Source: Alkanindiges sp. WGS2144
GTDB lineage: Bacteria; Pseudomonadota; Gammaproteobacteria; Pseudomonadales; Moraxellaceae
DNA: 32,000 nt
NCBI RefSeq assembly: GCF_043950625.1
Contig: NZ_CP171007.1
Strand: one strand, 5' to 3'
The position numbers and the translations under genes were made by a program. Positions 26,649-32,000 of the stretch are shown piece after piece (within the stretch, counting starts at the first letter, position 1; each line of letters begins with the position of its first letter). Below the pieces are notes generated by a model. The model saw nothing but the letters and a program-made list of their open reading frames with translations. It did not search any database and was not told the origin of the DNA.

Positions 26649-29600
26649 CTTCTAAACCATCTGCACGATGGCAAACGGCAGAGGGCGACCCGAACAGCGA
26701 ATGGACGACTTCTAAACCATCTGCACGATGGCAAACACTTTCGCAACAGTGTGGCGGTCACGCGCACGCTTCTAAACCATCTGCACGATGGCAAACCCGA
26801 GTTAATTAAGGGTAAGTTATAGCGAATACTTCTAAACCATCTGCACGATGGCAAACTAATGGCTAGCAAGGGGATGCTGATGACTGGTCTTCTAAACCAT
26901 CTGCACGATGGCAAACACCCCGCCAAAAAAGTCTGCCCCTAGCTTCATCTTCTAAACCATCTGCACGATGGCAAACTTAATCCCGCTGCTTGAGCGCTGC
27001 TATGGCCTCTTCTAAACCATCTGCACGATGGCAAACGGTAAGAAAATGGCTTTAACTGTTCGCCTACGCTTCTAAACCATCTGCACGATGGCAAACTCAC
27101 CTTTATCACCTTTTGAACCATCCTTGCCCTTTTAAACCATCTGCACGATGGCAAACATAAAGGTGATAAAGGTGATACCGGCGCCACTCTTCTAAACCAT
27201 CTGCACGATGGCAAACCGCCTTTTCCGGCTGAACTGATGTCTTGGCAGCTTCTAAACCATCTGCACGATGGCAAACCCAGATCAAGCTGTTCTTTGCCAT
27301 CAGTGATACTTCTAAACCATCTGCACGATGGCAAACTGGCCAGCCAGCATTTCAACCATAAACCATCACTTCTAAACCATCTGCACGATGGCAAACGCTG
27401 AGGTTAAAAGTGGATGTACTATCACACTCTTCTAAACCATCTGCACGATGGCAAACAAACAGCAAAAAGCAGAACAGCCACCGCTTAACTTCTAAACCAT
27501 CTGCACGATGGCAAACTTTTTCCCGTGTTTCAAAGAAAAGTTTTTTCACTTCTAAACCATCTGCACGATGGCAAACCGCATCAAGATGTAGCTCTCTGGC
27601 TTGAGCCACTTCTAAACCATCTGCACGATGGCAAACATTGCCCAGATGCGTGCTGCTTTTGCTGCCAACTTCTAAACCATCTGCACGATGGCAAACGGTT
27701 TTTCCCGCTGCGGCAACCGCTTGGTGTTCTTCTAAACCATCTGCACGATGGCAAACTCTTGGCGCGATCTAGGGCGGCAAATTGGAATCTTCTAAACCAT
27801 CTGCACGATGGCAAACTTGTCTTCCTTTACCGATACGTGGCATCGTCACTTCTAAACCATCTGCACGATGGCAAACTAAAAAGAACACGATCATTTGATC
27901 GCGCTCCTCTTCTAAACCATCTGCACGATGGCAAACTAATCATTGCTTTCTTGAATGATGAGCCTTGACTTCTAAACCATCTGCACGATGGCAAACATTT
28001 TAAAGCAAATCAACCGCGCTGACGGCGTCTTCTAAACCATCTGCACGATGGCAAACGCGCACCAGTATCCAGTCGCTTCAAGCTGTCCCTTCTAAACCAT
28101 CTGCACGATGGCAAACTACTACAGTTAACGGTACGACCTTCCCCGTCGCTTCTAAACCATCTGCACGATGGCAAACCTAAGTGCTTGTCAGTACAAATCA
28201 GTGGTACACTTCTAAACCATCTGCACGATGGCAAACATCTTCCAGTTACTCACGTAAAAGCCGTGAAACTTCTAAACCATCTGCACGATGGCAAACGACC
28301 TGATCTTCTCTTTATGACACTTAAAAATCTTCTAAACCATCTGCACGATGGCAAACGTTGATAGCTGGGCTGCTAATCCATGGGTTTGCTTCTAAACCAT
28401 CTGCACGATGGCAAACTATTAAGGATTAACTTAGCACAGTGCATACATCTTCTAAACCATCTGCACGATGGCAAACAAGTTGCGCCAGAAGTGAGTATTA
28501 ATGCGTCCCTTCTAAACCATCTGCACGATGGCAAACAGTAACAAAACCAGTGCTGCTAATTTTTATAACTTCTAAACCATCTGCACGATGGCAAACGGAA
28601 TAAGACCCTTGTTAAGTGGGTTTTCGTGCTTCTAAACCATCTGCACGATGGCAAACAATGCTATAAACGGTGCGGAAGATAATCTGGTCTTCTAAACCAT
28701 CTGCACGATGGCAAACAAAGCTTTGTTAAATCTTTATTGTCCAGTGATCTTCTAAACCATCTGCACGATGGCAAACATTCATTTTCGATTTCATGGGAAA
28801 AATGCTCACTTCTAAACCATCTGCACGATGGCAAACAAAATACTATTCTGCTCATGCTTACAGGTGCGCTTCTAAACCATCTGCACGATGGCAAACCTCC
28901 TCAAAATGTTATGTCAGCTTCTACTGAACTTCTAAACCATCTGCACGATGGCAAACATTATTAAACGATAAAAAGAATAAATATTATTCTTCTAAACCAT
29001 CTGCACGATGGCAAACTGGGTGCAAAATAATACTGTCAATGTTGTATTCTTCTAAACCATCTGCACGATGGCAAACTGGACGCTATGAGTGATATTTCAA
29101 AAGCCGTGCTTCTAAACCATCTGCACGATGGCAAACTCAGTGTGGGTCAGATCAAATTAGTCAATTATCTTCTAAACCATCTGCACGATGGCAAACAGCA
29201 TTGGCCATATTTTGACATGCTTCACTGGCTTCTAAACCATCTGCACGATGGCAAACCGAAAAACGGGGCGCGCGCCGACGAGGTACGACTTCTAAACCAT
29301 CTGCACGATGGCAAACTTCGGAAAAAAACAACATGAGCAAACCCTTCACTTCTAAACCATCTGCACGATGGCAAACTCAGGATTGAAGGCGACTCCGTTT
29401 CTGTTTCTCTTCTAAACCATCTGCACGATGGCAAACTAAAGAATATAAACAACGAGTGGCTGATTGCTCTTCTAAACCATCTGCACGATGGCAAACAGCA
29501 GTACCCAAACCAAGTAAGGCAGCACGACCTTCTAAACCATCTGCACGATGGCAAACTACCGTTTATTACGCCTGCCGTCTTTCCAGGTCTTCTAAACCAT

Positions 29601-29676
29601 CTGCACGATGGCAAACATGTTTGCGCTTCATTAACTCCACCAACTACGCTTCTAAACCATCTGCACGATGGCAAAC
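26649..29676 (-). CRISPR. CRISPR array, type I-F-like: 51 x 28-bp repeats, 50 x 32-bp spacers
   Basis: The repeat CTTCTAAACCATCTGCACGATGGCAAAC recurs every 60 bp exactly, from 26649 to 29649. On the minus strand it reads GTTTG-CCATC-GTGCA-GATGG-TTTAGAAG, the I-F architecture (5-bp stem, 5-nt loop, 8-nt TTAGAA-type handle). Fifty of the 51 copies are identical; the copy at 27129 has one substitution. A degenerate copy at 26589-26616 keeps only the minus-strand 5' end (GTTCACCATT). The AT-rich leader and cas2-3 lie at the 29677 side. Confidence 0.97.
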
Positions 29677-29882
29677 TACAACTATCAAATACTAACTATA
29701 ATAACTTCAAAAACATAGCCTACCATTGACTAAAAATACTTCGTTTTGATCGCCTCTTACAAAATTTTGAAATTATTATGATTTTTAATAAACTAGAAAT
29801 GAAAGGTAAAGTGATCTTGCGAGCACACCAATATTTTTCTATTGTAGGATTTCACAACAACAAATAATCCCTTGAAACCTTT
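29677..29882 (-). promoter_or_regulatory. CRISPR leader / divergent cas2-3 promoter region
   Basis: This is a 206-bp AT-rich non-coding stretch between the intact first repeat and the cas2-3 start codon. The degenerate repeat is at the opposite end of the array, so the leader belongs here. Confidence 0.7.
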
Positions 29883-32000
29883 ATGCATGCCACCTTTATT
29901 TCTGCCTGTGAAAAACGTGCCATTAAAAAAACCCGGGCTGTGCTGGATAGCTATGCCATCAGGACAGGTCATACCAGTTGGGCTGCGCCTATGACCATGG
30001 AAGGGTTAAAAGAAATACGCGCCGCCCTTAAAAAGACGGCTACACGACAAACCTCAGTCGCAGCGTATATCAATGATGGCCGTCGACGCATGAAACTGGT
30101 ATGGATTGTTGGTTCGCGTTTTCGCTTTGCAGCCGATGGGGCATTTCCCGTTGGTTTTACCCAAAAAGCGCAAAAACAACAGCTTATTCCTGAATGGGTA
30201 CGCTCTGCCAGCTTATTGGCAGGGGCAGCAGGTGATATGCATGATATTGGCAAGGCCTCTGTACATTTTCAGAATAAATTAAACCCTGCCCAGGCTATGC
30301 AAAGAATTGCTGATCCGGTACGGCATGAATGGCTGTCGTTAAAGCTGTTGCAACGCCTGCGGGAAAATGGCTGGCAATGGCAACAGGCATGGCAAGGTAT
30401 TGAAAAAAATATTGATCATTTTACCTTGAGTAGCCGCGACTTTAATAAAGCCCCTCTCAAACTTCTGAAAACAAGCTTACAGAATGAACTGGAAGCCGTG
30501 GATTATCTGGTGGTCACTCATCATAAGCTGCTGGCAGGTGATAGTGACTCACCGACTGCCATGCCCTGCAATGAAAACCATGTCCGTCAACTTATTAAGG
30601 CAGGCGATACTAATATTAGCTGTGCGGGAGATTTACCCAATAGTATTTTTAGTAGCCATCAGGCACGAATACAGCGTCTTGCCAGACAAACCGCAACTAT
30701 TGAAGAACACGATAAATTATTATTCTGGAAAGCACTGGCCTTTCATGCCCGTGCTGCACTGATTTTTGCTGACCATACCATTTCTGCACTTCGCTATCCC
30801 AATACCCAGCAAAAAAAATACAGCTTGTATGCCAATACCAAACCAACCACTGATGGACAACGCATTCAGGATCAACCACTGGAGTGGCATTTACAGCAGG
30901 TTGGCGATCGGGCTGCCCGGGTCGCTGTACAAATTTATAGTAATCTGGAACTTACTGGACTTTGTGAACAAACCGTTGAACATATCCAGCGGCCTGCCAG
31001 CAACACACGCTTCTACTGGCAAAACAAGAGCGCACAGCTACTTGAAAAGCATACCCTTAAACACCCAGATATCCCTAGCCTGATTCTCAATATTGCGGCA
31101 ACAGGCAGTGGCAAAACCCGTATGAATTTGCGCACCGCCTGTATTTTACGCCCACACAACCCCCGCATTGCCATTACTTTAAATTTGCGCTCACTGACAC
31201 TACAGACAGGACAGGTACTGCAGCACTCCATGAATCTTGCCGATGATGAGATTGCCACCATCATTGGTGATACCGTCAGCCAGAAACTATTCAATGCCAC
31301 CAATAACCAGCAATCGCAGGATGAGGATGAAAATCCTGTAGAACCCCTATTTGATGCGATTGGACAGGAATCAGAGTTGCCTGACTGGCTCAATAGTTTA
31401 TTTACCCAGCACTATCAGGGTAGACAGGTGACTGATCATCAGGCTAAAACTATCCTGACTGCTCCGTTGCTAGTATCCACCATTGATTACCTGATTGCTG
31501 CGGGTGAACCCAACCAGCAGGGGCATCACATCAAAGCTTTGCTCAGGTTGATGAGCAGCGACCTGATTCTGGATGAAATTGACAGCTACGACCCCAAGGC
31601 CCTGATTGCGGTACTTCGTCTGGTGCAATTGGCTGCCATGTATGGTCGTCATGTCATCTGCTCATCAGCCACCGTGTCCTATACCGTGGCCAGCAAAATT
31701 CATCATGCCTTTCAATCAGGGATTGAAATGCGGTCTGCGCTAATGAGAACACCACAGTCCTACAGGATTGGCATTATCGATAACTTGCTCTCTGCCAAAC
31801 TTTGGATTAACACTGCATGCCAGCCCAGTTTATTTCAAGAAAACTATCAGCAGCACTTACAACAGTTGCAGGAGCAACTTAGCCAGCAGTCTAAACAGGT
31901 CATTTATCGGTTAGCTCAATTACAACCTGTTATTCTGGAAGGCTTAAATCCTGAACAGAAAATCAGGACATGGCAAACAGCCATACTCGAGGCAGTAAAC
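29883..32000 (+). CDS. cas2-3: Type I-F Cas2-Cas3 fusion nuclease/helicase (3' end outside window)
   Basis: This ORF is not in the supplied track. ATG 29883 is preceded by an in-frame TAA at 29865, and 706 codons are open to the window end. The N-terminus MHATFISACEKRAIKKTRAVLDSYAIRTGHTSWAAPMT... parallels the Cas2-like N-terminus of P. aeruginosa Cas2/3 as I recall it. The HD nuclease motif is DMHDIGKAS (30240-30245 = HD). Walker A is AATGSGKT (31104 onward) and the DExD box is LILDEIDSYD (31572 onward). Confidence 0.9.
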   Translation, partial: MHATFISACEKRAIKKTRAVLDSYAIRTGHTSWAAPMTMEGLKEIRAALKKTATRQTSVAAYINDGRRRMKLVWIVGSRFRFAADGAFPVGFTQKAQKQQLIPEWVRSASLLAGAAGDMHDIGKASVHFQNKLNPAQAMQRIADPVRHEWLSLKLLQRLRENGWQWQQAWQGIEKNIDHFTLSSRDFNKAPLKLLKTSLQNELEAVDYLVVTHHKLLAGDSDSPTAMPCNENHVRQLIKAGDTNISCAGDLPNSIFSSHQARIQRLARQTATIEEHDKLLFWKALAFHARAALIFADHTISALRYPNTQQKKYSLYANTKPTTDGQRIQDQPLEWHLQQVGDRAARVAVQIYSNLELTGLCEQTVEHIQRPASNTRFYWQNKSAQLLEKHTLKHPDIPSLILNIAATGSGKTRMNLRTACILRPHNPRIAITLNLRSLTLQTGQVLQHSMNLADDEIATIIGDTVSQKLFNATNNQQSQDEDENPVEPLFDAIGQESELPDWLNSLFTQHYQGRQVTDHQAKTILTAPLLVSTIDYLIAAGEPNQQGHHIKALLRLMSSDLILDEIDSYDPKALIAVLRLVQLAAMYGRHVICSSATVSYTVASKIHHAFQSGIEMRSALMRTPQSYRIGIIDNLLSAKLWINTACQPSLFQENYQQHLQQLQEQLSQQSKQVIYRLAQLQPVILEGLNPEQKIRTWQTAILEAVN

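Noticed and set aside
26677-29648. Self-targeting spacers against the IS element or other parts of this window.
   Set aside because: Scanning by eye found no spacer resembling the IS, the cas2-3 gene or neighbouring genes. This is not exhaustive and needs a computational all-against-all search, so no claim is made.
26639-29695. About 14 ORFs of 62-150 aa on both strands with reiterated peptides (LPSCRWFR, LLNHLHDGK, CHRADGLE, SKPSARWQT).
   Set aside because: They are translations of the 28-bp CRISPR repeat in different frames. The 60-bp period is a multiple of 3, so frames stay open by chance. They are not genes.
29683-29695. A possible IHF site (TATCAAATACTAA) in the leader next to the first repeat.
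   Set aside because: It matches WATCAANNNNTTR only partly (TAA instead of TTR). In such AT-rich sequence a partial match is expected by chance.
29969-31652. Six listed ORFs (29969-30253 -, 30484-30762 +, 30697-30879 -, 30766-31083 +, 31013-31393 -, 31470-31652 -).
   Set aside because: All lie inside, and out of frame with or antisense to, the 706-codon cas2-3 reading frame, which has clear HD and helicase motifs. None has a recognisable motif.
26649-32000. The idea that this is a Tn7-like CRISPR-associated transposon (I-F3 CAST) or another nuclease-deficient I-F derivative, given the missing cas1.
   Set aside because: I-F3 systems lack cas2-3 and have very short arrays. Here there is an intact Cas2-3 with HD and helicase motifs and a 51-repeat array. 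No tnsABC/tniQ-like genes or Tn7 ends are visible in the window.

Overview
The window is mostly ordinary chromosomal core genome. Gene content and order suggest an Acinetobacter/Moraxellaceae-type gammaproteobacterium; this is inference, not a search result. From left to right:
- a truncated PIF1-like helicase
- an iron-uptake pair (Fiu/PiuA-type TonB receptor plus PiuC hydroxylase) with a candidate Fur box
- leuA preceded by a candidate leucine-rich leader peptide
- metX-metW-Sel1 protein, rdgB, a DUF2059 protein, an NRDE protein
- lgt-thyA-folA-DUF4105 protein
- a META-domain lipoprotein gene whose 3' end is hit by an ~0.88 kb IS5-family element
- a vWA lipoprotein, msrA, a DUF4157-like HExxH protein, nadE, and an unknown helical protein
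- a minus-strand catabolic operon (metal-dependent hydrolase, SDR, Baeyer-Villiger monooxygenase, SDR)

The accessory part is at the right end. It holds a perfectly periodic type I-F-like CRISPR array of 51 x 28-bp repeats and 50 x 32-bp spacers (26649-29676), transcribed on the minus strand. A 206-bp AT-rich leader follows. After that comes a long + strand ORF that is absent from the supplied ORF track because it runs off the window. It encodes a Cas2-Cas3 fusion (cas2-3, type I-F) with no cas1 between it and the array.

Points most worth a second look:
- two adjacent spacers that tile one collagen-like (Gly-X-Y) target on opposite strands, a priming signature
- the single variant repeat between those two spacers
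- the atypical array/cas2-3 arrangement
- the A9 tract that splits the IS transposase in a +1 relationship
- the leuA leader peptide

I see no evidence of a wholly new system beyond these. All calls rest on reading the sequence and recalled family motifs; no database search was run.
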